The notes beneath the pieces are model-generated. The model was not told the origin of the DNA, searched no databases, and saw only the letters and a list, made by a program, of their open reading frames with translations. Of a stretch of 64,000 bases of DNA, positions 13,101-24,007 are shown in pieces. The stretch's first letter is position 1. The number at the start of each line of letters is the position of its first letter. The DNA is taken from positions 6,138,001 through 6,202,000 of the forward strand of contig NC_087256.1 of NCBI RefSeq assembly GCF_037042905.1, given 5' to 3'. This stretch comes from Lytechinus pictus. Its lineage: Eukaryota. A program made the position numbers and the translations under genes.

Positions 13101-16100
13101 TGGTCCTTAATAGACACCAACCGGTGTCAGCCTTAACACCCTTCATCATTAAAATTGTTGAATGGTAGGATACAAGTATTAGAACCTGTCGTCTAGACCT
13201 ACAGACTAATTAAAAAAAACACCCAATGTAATCTTCACTAGGTAATCTAAGGGTGTACAAGTAATAACACATAATTATCCATTTGCAGGTGAACATTGGA
13301 AGAGTCTTAATGAATTTTGCTTAAAAAGTGGGGCGGATCTTGCATTTACTTTGAACGTGGCTTTGAGGAAAGGCGGTGCATGGGACCCGACTAACGCTAA
13401 GGAACTCCTAGACTTCAATGCGAACCTTGGATATCGTGTCATCTGGGAATTGGGAAACGGTAAGATAGATGGATGTTGTAAGATGGCTGTGATAAAAACC
13501 ATAAAGGAATATAATGATAATGGTCATGGTGGTGTTTGGTGTGGTGTGAAGGTGGCAGTGGCGGCAGCAGTGGCAGCGGTGGTGATGTCGTTGTTGCTGT
13601 TGGTAATGATGGTGGTCTTAATTGGAACGATGAAATTGAAAATGTGGATGGTGCTTTGTAGAGTTGTGATGATGATGTGGTGTTTTGTGTGGTGGAGTTA
13701 GATGTGGTGGTAGTGTTCAGGGTACTGTGATGGATTATATGTGTTGATATTAGTTGTGGTGATAATGAGTGCAGCCGGAGTGCAGTGTTTGGTGGCGTTT
13801 CATGCGTCAATGATGGTGGAGGTGTACGTGATGCTGTGTTGGTCGGACCTGTAGTTTTTGGTTGATGTTATTTGTGGTAGTGCTGGTGCTGATGTAAGTT
13901 GTGTTCGTGATAGTGGGAGGATGTTATATTTGTATTACTGATAACATGCACATTTTGGGGACTTTGATTTTCAGCGGCATGCATGGACGTGTGATGTAAG
14001 CAGCTGAGTATCTGCCATAATCTCCATCTCCGTCTGTGTACACGTGTGTACTTGGTTTTACACTTGGCTATTATTGTCCAGCATTAGAATGTTGAGGGAT
14101 GTGAAAGTGCGTGCATGTGGGTGAGCGTGTGTGTGAGGGTGTTTGAGGGTGTGTGTGTGAGTGTGAAGGGTACGTATGATGGTGTGTGGCTGTGAGTGCG
14201 CGAGGGTGAGTGTGTGTGCGTAAAGGGGTGAGCGCGCGAGGGTGTGTATGTGCTGTGTGAGGTGTGTTTACTGAAGAGAAAGAGAGATTTAAACAAAAAA
14301 TCTGCTCTCGATTTGAAACCATGAAATAGACGCATGCGTATTATGGTTTATTTTTTGCTCGAGTGGTCACGATAAGCAATATATTTTGTTCATTTTCGAG
14401 AGAAAGTCTTTGAAGTCCAACTGAACTGTCATTTTCTCGAAATTTATGACAAATAAATACAAATATTTTTGATAGTTCACTGTTTTATTGTAAATTGTCC
14501 ATTGTAATAAATTGGAGCGTTTTGTTTGAAATTCTGCTAGAATCGAGTTCATAACGTCACTACTATTGGAATTTATGTTTGACCAGAACCGGCCCTGTTC
14601 AAGAAAAACTACCACCTCAGGATACCAGCTCGACAGTTAGCCAAGGACTTCAACACGCTAAGGAATATCTTATCAAAGGACCGGTACCGGTTTAGCAACG
14701 AGTTAGTGGGACCGGATATGGACCACCTTCCCATCGCACATTGCGGCAATACAAAGACAGTCACATCAGAAGACTTTCAAAACAATACAGACTATTTGAG
14801 AAGGTTTTTTCCCCTCTTCTTACATTAAGCTTGATTAGTATTTAGTTTACATCTGGGTCCCATAACACAAAGGTTAGCGATTAATCGTACGCTTGCTTTT
14901 TACGATTGATAATGCATTGTATTCATTGCTATCAATCACAAAAAGAAACGTTCTACGATGATCGCTAAGCTTTGTGTAAAGCCCGACGCACACTATGCGA
15001 TTTGTTGCGATCCGAATTTCAAAGAAATTTAAACACTAGTAACATTTGTTATGAACATTCCAACCAATTTATATTGGCGATCAGAGTTCAGAATAGTGGT
15101 AGGACTACTGAAATAAAAATTCAGTGTAGTTCGAGCCTCCTTGGAGGAATAAAAGCAAATTCAAATCCAAATCGTAATGACGTCATCATCGGCTGCGACT
15201 TGAAGTCGATTTGGACTTCACTCCGACCACAGGGCTTGCCGCAAAGCAAAATCATAATTTTGTTATTCCTAACATTATGCTGAACTTCAAATGAAATCAT
15301 TTTACTTCTTGAAACTTTCACATTTAATGCAAAATGTGATTTATAAATATATCGCGTCGCATCGGATCGCATAGTGTGCTGTGGGCTTTACGGGCCCCTA
15401 ATATAATATATATATAATATATAGTTGGAATTACGATCTAGAGTCCGTTATAATTACCTGCTGATCCCCATTATGCCTATTTTGCCATGGTGATTCCGGG
15501 GGGGGGGGGTCATTATAGCTGAAAGTGTAGTTTATCATTTAAATCTTTTACAGGCCTGCCCGAAAAATGGTAAAAGAAAATGATCACCGACTCCAATCTT
15601 AAAGATCATTTCCTTTCCAGGAGAGGTACACCTATAGAAAGTTATAATCAGATTTCCTTAAAACGGGAATTTGAAAATTATTTTTCTCTCTCTCTGAAGC
15701 AACTGTAATGTCTGATGATATTTTGATTAATGAATTGGCCATCCAATTACACTTCGTAATAAAGGTAAATTTGTTACTGTTACATATTGAATAGGCTATT
15801 GAAGGTAAATCTCCTCAACCATAAATCTAATGAATTTTCTTAGCTTGGTTTCTTTTTATTTTGTTATGTTCTTAGAAGAGGTGTTAAGACACACCTTGTA
15901 TAATCATATGGTAATTATACACTGTAAAAAATGAAGTGCTAATTTAGCACCTGCAGTGTTTGTATAGTGACTGCACTACGAGTGTTGATATTCTAGTTCA
16001 AATTTGAACTAGAAAATCAGCACTTGTAGTGCAGTCATTATACAAACACTGCAGGTGCTAAATTAGCACTTTATTTTTTTAGTGTATAAGCACCCATCTT

Positions 16101-19100
16101 GATTGATTAAAAAAATGTTACTTTCAAGTTAAAAATCGAATTTGATATGGCATTTGGATATCAGTGTGTCCCTGCTTGAAACAAGTGGGGCTTCACACAA
16201 GACTATAGCACAAAAACAACTTATTTCATTTTTAAAAAATATAATAGGGGTAATTCTTTGCACTTTTCTAAGTCAAGGACTCAAGGCTGCACATTCAGTG
16301 ATTCAGAGCGTTTTCCTCGACATAATGCAAACTAGATAACAGATATGATGGCTCTACTGGGAGTAACCAGCTCTGAGAGTATATGATCAGAAATAAGAGA
16401 TGATATCGGGAAAGAAAGTTCGGTCCCGTTTATTGCAAGCTGTTTATTCCGTTATGTCAGTTTATATGTTTAAGGAATTATGGAATAGCCTCCCTGAAAA
16501 CATCAAACAGTGCTTGACCTCTGAAACTTTCAAACAATACCTTAAAACATTTCTCTTCAATTCTTCTTGATTTCTGTTATAATTTCCTAAAAAGCGCCTT
16601 GAGCACTCTACAGAGTGGATTTGGTGCGATATAAGTCTAATTATTATTATTATTATTATGGGACAAGAGGCTTGCCATATCTCTTTCCATAACGATGCAC
16701 ATACCCGGGATTGGGCGGGAGGGGGGGGGGGTATGCACAATAAAGAACATCTTCTCTTTCGAATTTGTAAATCTTGATTACTTTTGATCTGTTGATACAG
16801 GTTCTTAAAGGATGCTGGAGATGCCATCAATGCAACTACAGTTCACTTCTACAACCTAAACAGAAAATCAGAAACATTATCCGTCGACAATTTCACCAAC
16901 CCAGACACGGTCAATTTGATGAGATGCGAGCTCAAGGAATTCCGAAAACTCATGAAAGATGTCAAACCGACAGGCGCGAGATGGTTAGGCGAGACCTCCT
17001 CCGTGGCTGCCGGTGGCCTGAGAGGAGTATCAAATCGATATGTAGCTGGATTTATGTAAGCAGTTTTTTATCGCCCCTCCCTATTTATCGACTCCAGCCT
17101 TTACTTTGAGGATTGTAACCAGTAAATGGCTGATTATTTCCCCTTCGTACGTAAGGCCCTTCTGTATCGGTCATACACACGATGAAAATTAAACTTTTGA
17201 ACGCGATCCAAATTTATATATTTTTTCGGGGAGGGGGTGCGTTAACTCTTAGCAAATTATGTGAAATTTGAATCTTCCTTTTTGCAGGTTATAAAAGCCA
17301 TGTAATTCTCCCTTTATTTGCTGACATATGTGGTTTATTTAATATCTTAAAAAAACATAAGAAATTGCAAAAGGAAGAACACATCGAAACTTGCATCACA
17401 GGAGATAGACCCCGATAGGTTAAAAGAGCTAGATCGACAAATGCACATTTTCATGAGAGTATTCTAAATCATTGATCATGATGATTGGTCAATCGGTGAT
17501 CACATGAAAAAAAAGTTTCTTTACATGGCAGACATTGAGTATGCGCAGCTATTCCCAAGGGAGAATATAGTGAGAATATTCCTAGCTCTCGCCCATTCTC
17601 ATACAGTCCGAAACCATTCTGAAATCTTATATTACGAGTAAACGTAGCAAGCGAGAGCAGAAATAAACTTTATTTATTTATTTTGTTATCTATTTATTTA
17701 TTTATTTATTTTGGCTTCCAGTCAGAATTGCATTATTGAAGTTCAAAGTATAATGATTTTATCAAAATTATTATTCACACAAATAATATAATTGGCTTGA
17801 ATCCATGGGTAGCTCATATTCTAGTTTACTTTATACACCCCATTGGGGAAAAAAAATATTGGAATAAACCCGATCGGTTTATCCCGGTGTTGTAACGATG
17901 TGCCTGAGGGCAAACCGGGACAGTCGCGGAACTGTGTCGCTGCTGGAGCAAGAGTTTGTTGCGAGGTTACAGCGAGGCGAGGTTATACCGGGTAAGTTTA
18001 TTGCGGGTCCGATCATTCACAATAAGGGTAACACCAATACAGTCTCAGGACAGTCCCGGGACTGTAGCTGTGTTTGAGGCCAGTGTGAAAACCGTATCAG
18101 TCTCTCAATCTAAATAAAGGAACAACTGAACGCGCTGTCGAAAGGGCCGATTTTGTCAAGGTGGTCACCGGCCTTCTCTAGCGCAATGTCATCACTGTAT
18201 AATAATACAAGTGAATAATTTGCCCATCTCTTTCAGTATACTTCACAACTTGGGAGTTGCGGCCGAGATGGGGATATCTGTATTCATATACTGGGACCTG
18301 ACCAATGGACCTTATTCATTGCTCGATGTTGATGATTATACACCGACACCGGTAAGCATTCAAAAATTTGTCCAATACTGCAACGAAACTCCAGAAATGG
18401 TATACCCGAAACATTCACATTCTCACATCCATTATGTAAAAAAGAACATTTTTGTCAAGATACTTCACATACTTTTATGTCTTTCTTAAGGAAAGTTTGT
18501 AACGAAGGATGTGTCATTAGAAACTGAATATTTGATTGCAAATCAATGTCGGCTTTAAAATATAAACGAAAACGCGAATCATGATTAAAAACGTGATTAC
18601 AAAACGTTGATGTAATGGGAAACAAAGGGTTTGCTCAATGTTCTCCATTCCCGGTCGTAAACGTAAACGTCTTTCAAATCATGATTCGGAGGAAAATTTA
18701 ATTTCATGGCGTTCCTAAACGGATGTTTTAAAGTTTACATGAATTTTCGTTTACAGTAGGAATAAATCGGCCTAAACGGCGTCATCTCCCCCAAAACGTA
18801 GAGATTCTTAGGCAAAATAATGAAAGGTGCACACAATTTTAAAGTAATCTACTCTAATTATTACCGACCCTTGAAGTGATCTCCTGGCTCTTTTAATCTG
18901 AACTGAACACTAACTTTCACACAACTTAATAGGCCTATAATTACATGCGAATAATATTGAATTGTGATTTTTTAGTATGCTGATCACATTGAACTTTTAT
19001 GAGTTGCACCATGTTTATCCGTGTTTATGACACATTGTGTTATCTTAATCTTCAACATTGTCTTTGAATTAACTTAATGTCATGAGTAAACTTAAATTCA

Positions 19101-22100
19101 CATTGTCATGTTATATTCTCACTAATGTATGTAATACAATAATTTTGCCTTACCTAACCTATTGCAATGTAACATGGGGAAGCACAGCATCTTATTTATT
19201 ACAAATAAATATGTTTTTAATACAACAACATGCAATAAGAATAATCACTAATTCAACATATCTTGCCCATACGGACCTACTGATTTGGAAGCTAACAATT
19301 TTAAATATATATGATTTACATTGCTGTCTTGTTCCTTGTTTTATGTTTTCTTATTCCAAAGGGGCTTTACCGGATATTTTAATGATTTTGTTTTCACTTT
19401 TAACTCTATGCACGCTGATGTTGCAATCTTGCACATTTGTACATTTAGTAATGTAAATATGTATTCAAGAAGAAACATTAATGACTCATCTCCCAAGATA
19501 TATACAGTTGAGGCCAGAAGTTTAAATACACCCAGGAAATTCAAAGAAAAGTTGACACTTGCCAAACATAAAATTTACTGTATCTTATAAAATATTTTTG
19601 CTATCATGACGAATTTGATATCAAACAAATGAGTATGTCATGCCCCTTGATCATATTGATTTGTCATCAGAAGCTGAAAAATATTTAGTTGTCATTTTTA
19701 CCCCAAAATCTTCATATTTTAGACAAATTAAAAATAAAAACTTGACAAAAAACATTTCATATTTGTGTTAGTTACTTCTCAACACAAACATTTCAGATTA
19801 CACTTTTTTGTTCAGTGGTGACATATCATGATAGAAAATGTAATATAAATCATAGATATGACATTTATATATTTTTTATGAAACGATGTTTGAAAATATA
19901 ATAACAAACAATAGAATACATTTGGCAAGAATATTACTTTTTTTTTTCTTCAAAGAAAATTCCACCTGAAATATACTTTAATCCAAACGGCATCCCAAAT
20001 CATGTGAAAGAACTTGATATGCTCTTTCATTTGATACCAAATTCGTCACTATGGTAGTATTTATATTTTTGCAGATATAGTACATTTTACGATGTTTGGC
20101 AAGCGAACAATTTTCACTGAATTCCATGAGTGTATGTAAACTTTTGGCCTCAACTGTATATAATTTTCTAAAACTGTTTTTAGATATGAAGGACCTGTCA
20201 TCTGGAATGATTTGCCATCAAACAATAAAACTTGGTCCTAACTATTGATTTTTAAACATAAATGTAAATCATATCTTGCAAGTTTTCTATTAATTTATAA
20301 ATAAAATGGAGCCTCTGTTTTTTTTTTCTTTTGTTTGTTAATGTTTTTGCTCTTTGTTTGTTGTTTGATCACGGTTATTTTGTTTTATTGATTTGTTTTT
20401 AACCAATGCGCACAACTAAGGGGATTGGTCTCGATAGGTCTTTGGCCTTTGCCAATCCTCTACATGCACTGCATGTTGGTTTTACCCTTTTCTTTTGCCA
20501 TTATATAGATTGTTTTAATGTATTGATTGTTCTTTTTTATTGCTTATGTATTGTCTGTTTTATTGTACCCTTTTAATAGATGTGAATAAAGTGAATTTGA
20601 ATTGGAATCATACATTGATCTGGAAAATAACAGTTGATTTATTTCTGAAGAATCCTTTTACAGGCGTTTGATTTTGATTACTTTGTTCAGTCTTGATTTG
20701 AATTAAAATGGATTGTGTGGTTTTTTTCCTTTCAAAAGCTGTATTGGATATGTTTTCTGCATAAGCGGCTTACTGGTACTCATGTTTTATCTGTATCGTA
20801 CACCGAAGACGAAAAAGTTACACAGACAGTGAAAAGTGCCTCTTATGTCCACGTTTTTGCTCATTGTACCAAAGTTTCGTAAGTATTCTTTTATCATTCT
20901 CTCTGATTCACTCTCCTCGCAATTATTCATGAAACCCAAATATAAATTGATTATTAATGATACCCTTTTTCTACTTAAACTCTATATTTTTGTTTGAATA
21001 AAGAATCTTCTTATTTTTACATAGGAATAAAGATTTTTTACATTCATTTTGAAATATATATGAATTTTCTAGTGTTCACCACTTACTACCCCTGGACCAC
21101 TTACAATCGCTGGCAACTTTTCATTAGTGGTCCACCACGTTTACAGCTCATTGGGAAATCGAAATGCGTGTCTTTGTTAAATTAACATTGATTACATGTT
21201 ATTATTCACAATATTTATGGCTCCAGAGTATTTCTACAAACTAAATGTTAAATAATTTTTCCTCAGCTAAAAATTCATTATTATTATACACTTAAAACGA
21301 CAAAAACATCTGTTACCTATACTCATCTTCGTTAATCAACTAACCACACTTGAAATTGTTACAATATTTTTGTACTTCGATTCTTTTTTTTTATCTCACC
21401 GATTTCTATAATACAGTCTGTTGTATCCTGTCGGTGCTGTTACGATCATAGCAATTAACCTGCACAACGATACTGATGCATCTTTATTCTTAACTGAGAA
21501 TTTGATGAATAAGAATATAGACGAGTATCTATTGACTGCACCAGAAGGAAACCTTACCAGCAGGTAGATAATTGTCTTATTTTATTATAATCTATGTAAA
21601 AGGAAATATTTCCTTAGTTATCACGATTTGTTAAAGGTGAGAATAGTCTTGAAGAAGTTCCCTGAATTAACACACATAATTGAATCAATTGACGTAAATA
21701 ATTGTATCGTGTGTCTTGATACATATTTATGTGTGTCACTTACTATTCTCTCGTGTGTAACTCTTTAGTCTCTCGTGGGAGACAACGTAACGGGTCATTT
21801 TATCAGCAAGAGATCATTTATATGGTATGAAGGTATATGCTCTGGGAAAGTATGTTATGTCACTGAAGTTTAACTTTACTTCATATTCGTTAAAATGACT
21901 GGGTGACGAAGTTAATCTGTTACTTTACTCTGCCCCTCTCAGTACTGGGTGACGAAAGTGATCTCCTACTTTACTCAACCCTCACTGAACTGGGTGACGA
22001 AAGCGATCTATTACTTTACTCAACCCTCAATGTACTGGGTAATGCAAACGATCTCTTGCTTTACTCAACATTTCGTTGAACTGGATGACGAAAGCAAGTT

Positions 22101-23475
22101 GGTTACTTTACTCAGCCTCTCTTTTTATTGGGTGACAAAAGCAATATTTTACTTTACTTAGCACCTCTGTGTACTTTGTGACGAATGTGATCCGTTACTG
22201 TACTCAACCTCTACTTGTACTCGGGGACGAAAGTGATCTGTTACTTTACTAAACCTCTCTCTGTACTGGGTGGCGAAAGCGATCTGTTTCTTTACTCGAT
22301 CTCTCTCTGTACTGGGTGACGAAAGCGATCTATCACTTTACTCAACCTCTCTCTGTATTGGGTGACGAAAGTGATCTGTTGCTTAACTCAGCCTCTCTCT
22401 TTACTGAGTGACGAAAGCGATATGTTACTTTACTCAACACCTCATTGTACTGGGTGACGAAAGTGATCTGTTACTTTACTCAACCTCTCTCTGTACTGGG
22501 TGACGAAAGCGATCTATCACTTTACTCAACCTCCCTCTGTACTGGGTGACGAAAGTGATCTGTTGCTTTACTCAACCCCTCTCTGTACTGGGTGACGAAA
22601 GCGATCTTTTACTTTACTCAACCTCCCTCTGTACTGGGTGACGAAAGCGATCTTTTACTTTACTCAACCTCTCTCTTTACTGAGTGACGAAAGCGATATG
22701 TTACTTTACTCACACCTCATTGTAATGGGTGACGAAAGTGATCTGTTACTTTACTCAACCTCTCTCTGTACTGGGTGACGAAAGCGATCTTTTACTTTAC
22801 TCAACCTCCCTCTGTACTGGGTGACGAAAGTGATATGTTGCTTTACTCAACCCCTCTCTGTACTGGGTGACGAAAGCGATCTTTTACTTTACTCAACACC
22901 TCATTGTACTGGGTGACGAAATTGATCTGTTACTTTACTCAACCTCTCTCTGTACTGGGTGACGAAATTGATCTTTTACTTTACTCAACCTCCCTCTGTA
23001 CTGGGTGACGAAAGTGATCTGTTGCTTTACTCAACCCCTCTCTGTACTGGGTGACGAAAGCGATCTTTTTACTCAGCCTCTCTCTGTAAAGGTTATGTGC
23101 ACATGTTCAATAAATAAAATTAGTTTCGCATCATTTCATTTATTTCTACAATTTCATATTCCATGGTGTTTTTTTAAAACAAAATGTGCCAAATACCAAT
23201 CAAATTACGCATTGAAATAAGTTTAGGCATGTTATCTCTTTTATTTTGATATATGTATATAAATCTTTTCTTATCTGACTGTTTTATTTTTACTTAGTAA
23301 TATACTTCTCAACGGCTACAAGTTGGAAATGAAGAATTCAACCCATTTTCCAGATATCAACCCACGCCCTCTGCCGATAGGATATCCGATAGTTCTTCCT
23401 CCACGGACGTATGGGTTCTACGTCATTAAAGACGCTGATGCTCTAGTTTGTCGGAAACATGAGACCAAATACTGA
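3981..23475 (+). CDS. HPSE: Heparanase-like glycoside hydrolase family 79 protein, 10 coding exons: 3981-4144, 10638-10793, 11810-11958, 13289-13459, 14587-14803, 16801-17055, 18237-18351, 20739-20878, 21417-21563, 23298-23475 (1692 nt, 563 aa)
   Basis: All nine introns are GT-AG and their phases chain without a break (2,2,1,1,2,2,0,2,2). The translation carries GH79/HPSE motifs in order: VVDRRFLSV, LLRGLAPSILRVGG, WDPTNA, WELGNEP (acid/base Glu), LVGPD, WLGETSS (nucleophile Glu), YVAGF, YW..LHKRLTG, VFAHCT, EYLLT, ILLNG, YGFYVI..A..C. It has an N-terminal signal peptide. The symbol denotes the family; this may be a divergent paralog. Confidence 0.93.
6300..7492 (-). mobile_element. Non-autonomous element ending …gctggatccgcccctg, with gcgcgcttcgcgctcgc subrepeats
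   Basis: Reverse-complement relative of the element at about 61662-62540; left boundary approximate. Confidence 0.65.
8238..8438. mobile_element. MITE with TA flanks (cggtcgatcacac…gtgtgattgaccg)
   Basis: TIRs, TA flanks, internal ttgcaacgaaaat repeats. Confidence 0.7.
9001..9357 (+). repeat. Interspersed repeat, inverted copy at about 60525-60897
   Basis: Long colinear identity, e.g. ctattctagtcacctggtctattcaatttcttcatcctgctat. Confidence 0.85.
9735..9880. other. Assembly gap (N run)
   Basis: N bases. Confidence 1.
10638..10793 (+). CDS. HPSE: Heparanase-like exon 2 (…VSIDSNEAIHVVDRRFLSVGLS…)
   Basis: cag acceptor and gtaagt donor; resembles HPSE PLHLVSPSFLSVTID. Confidence 0.9.
11060..11570. 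mobile_element. Degenerate T2/Kolobok-like MITE
   Basis: Colinear with the interior of 12223-12822; ends …ctttaa; left boundary approximate. Confidence 0.65.
11810..11958 (+). CDS. HPSE: Heparanase-like exon 3 (LQTLLRGLAPSILRVGGRAGDEVIF)
   Basis: Resembles HPSE [25 protein letters not shown]; cag/gtaagc boundaries. Confidence 0.93.
12105..12850. mobile_element. GG…CC-terminated MITE with 8-bp TSD tccagaag (Merlin-like), interrupted by a T2 MITE
   Basis: tccagaag at 12097-12104 and 12851-12858; same family as 30852-31053 and 60904-61310. Confidence 0.75.
12223..12822. mobile_element. T2/Kolobok-like MITE (agggatgctcc…ggagcatccct; ttga/ttaa flanks)
   Basis: AGG termini, TTAA-type TSD, long TIRs. 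Confidence 0.85.
13289..13459 (+). CDS. HPSE: Heparanase-like exon 4 (…AFTLNVALRKGGAWDPTNAKELLDF…IWELGN)
   Basis: GH79 motif; the catalytic Glu codon is split across the phase-1 intron. Confidence 0.95.
13510..13925. repeat. Degenerate (GGT/GAT)n simple repeat
   Basis: Low-complexity tract after exon 4. Confidence 0.8.
14100..14270. repeat. Degenerate (GT)n microsatellite
   Basis: gtgtgt runs. Confidence 0.85.
14587..14803 (+). CDS. HPSE: Heparanase-like exon 5 (EPALF…QLAKDFNTLRNIL…LVGPD…DYLR)
   Basis: Completes GNEP; LVGPD motif; weak donor ag|gttttt. Confidence 0.88.
14855..15398. mobile_element. Harbinger-like MITE (gggtcccataacacaaag…ctttgtgt/acgggcccc) carrying a nested MITE at 14980-15387
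   Basis: The outer TIR is restored when the inner element (agcccgacgcacactatgcgat…atcgcatagtgtgctgtgggct; TAA/TTA flanks) is removed. Confidence 0.8.
15920..16084. mobile_element. Near-perfect 165-bp palindromic MITE with CACT…AGTG ends (CACTA/EnSpm-like), TA flanks
   Basis: Arms pair to the centre ttctagttcaaatttgaactagaa. Confidence 0.85.
16470..16658 (+). mobile_element. CR1/L2-type LINE 3' end (LWNSLPENIKQ…FKQYLKTFLF) with (ATT)n tail
   Basis: Typical ORF2 C-terminus, stem-loop and microsatellite tail. Confidence 0.8.
16801..17055 (+). CDS. HPSE: Heparanase-like exon 6 (FLKDAGDAINATTVHFY…WLGETSSVAAGG…YVAGF)
   Basis: Nucleophile Glu codon at 16991-16993; cag/gtaagc boundaries. Confidence 0.95.
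18237..18351 (+). CDS. HPSE: Heparanase-like exon 7 (ILHNLGVAAEMGISVFIYWDLTNGPYSLLD…PTP)
   Basis: Aligns to HPSE WLDKLGLSARMGIEVVMRQ…GNYHLVD…PLP. Confidence 0.92.
19100..20600 (+). mobile_element. Decayed CR1-like LINE 3' portion, split by a Tc1 MITE
   Basis: ILPYLTYCNVTWGS…AIRIITNSTYLAHT, resuming after 20156 with FRYEGPVIWNDLP. Confidence 0.75.
19505..20156. mobile_element. Tc1/mariner non-autonomous element, TA TSD
   Basis: TIR cagttgaggccagaagtttaaatacac / gtgtatgtaaacttttggcctcaactg, flanked by TA. Confidence 0.9.
20739..20878 (+). CDS. HPSE: Heparanase-like exon 8 (LYWICFLHKRLTGTHVL…VFAHCT)
   Basis: Aligns to HPSE DYWLSLLFKKLVGTKVL…YLHCT; aag acceptor, gtaagt donor. Confidence 0.9.
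21417..21563 (+). CDS. HPSE: Heparanase-like exon 9 (YPVGAVTIIAINLHN…IDEYLLTAPEGNLTS)
   Basis: Aligns to the HPSE C-terminal beta-sandwich; cag/gtagat boundaries. Confidence 0.92.
21897..23088. repeat. 46-bp minisatellite, about 26 copies, in heparanase intron 9
   Basis: Unit tgggtgacgaaagYgatctgttactttactcaacctctctctgtac; period measured from 22451 to 22497. Confidence 0.95.
23298..23475 (+). CDS. HPSE: Heparanase-like exon 10 (NILLNGYKLEM…LPPRTYGFYVIKDADALVCRKHETKY*)
   Basis: Aligns to HPSE VQLNG…LPAFSYSFFVIRNAKVAACI; TGA at 23473-23475. Confidence 0.93.
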
Positions 23476-24007
23476 TGGTTGATACCAAATGGACTATAAA
23501 TGTTCCTTTTAGTCAACATTTTTAAATATCATAATTGAACTTTTGCAAAAAAGGAAGTTGCAGAGAATTCCTAGTCCCTTTTTTTTTTTGGGGGGGGGGA
23601 TTCACCGAAATGCATTAACGGTTAAAGGTCCTTATCATTGCCATTAACATGTCAACGAATGCAAACTACGTGTCGTCATGCGACTTACCAAATTGGTGAA
23701 ACCGGCTAAAATACCGAAAATATCGGCACGGAATTCAGCCAGTCGCAGTGTGAAGAACACAGCAATGAGTTCTGGGAAGTTCCATAAAAAAAACTCAAAC
23801 TTCTATACGCCCAACCCATAGTTTCCTCCATTTAGACCTCACTTCAAGCACTGTTCAAGCAATGATAATTTAAGAGCATTTTCAATATTTGCAGGGACTA
23901 GAATAACGAAACAAATAATTCCAGTCCCATATACAGCAGGTGGGACGTATATGATTTATAAGAATTGTCCTTGTTTGCATCGTTTCATTTCCAAGTTAAC
24001 ATCTTGC

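Noticed and set aside
13460-13810. Hydrophobic continuation after WELGN, resembling a transmembrane isoform
   Set aside because: It is read-through into an intronic GGT/GAT repeat; splicing at 13459 restores GNEP.
21897-23088. CRISPR-like array
   Set aside because: Units are contiguous with no unique spacers, there are no cas genes, and the array sits in a eukaryotic intron.
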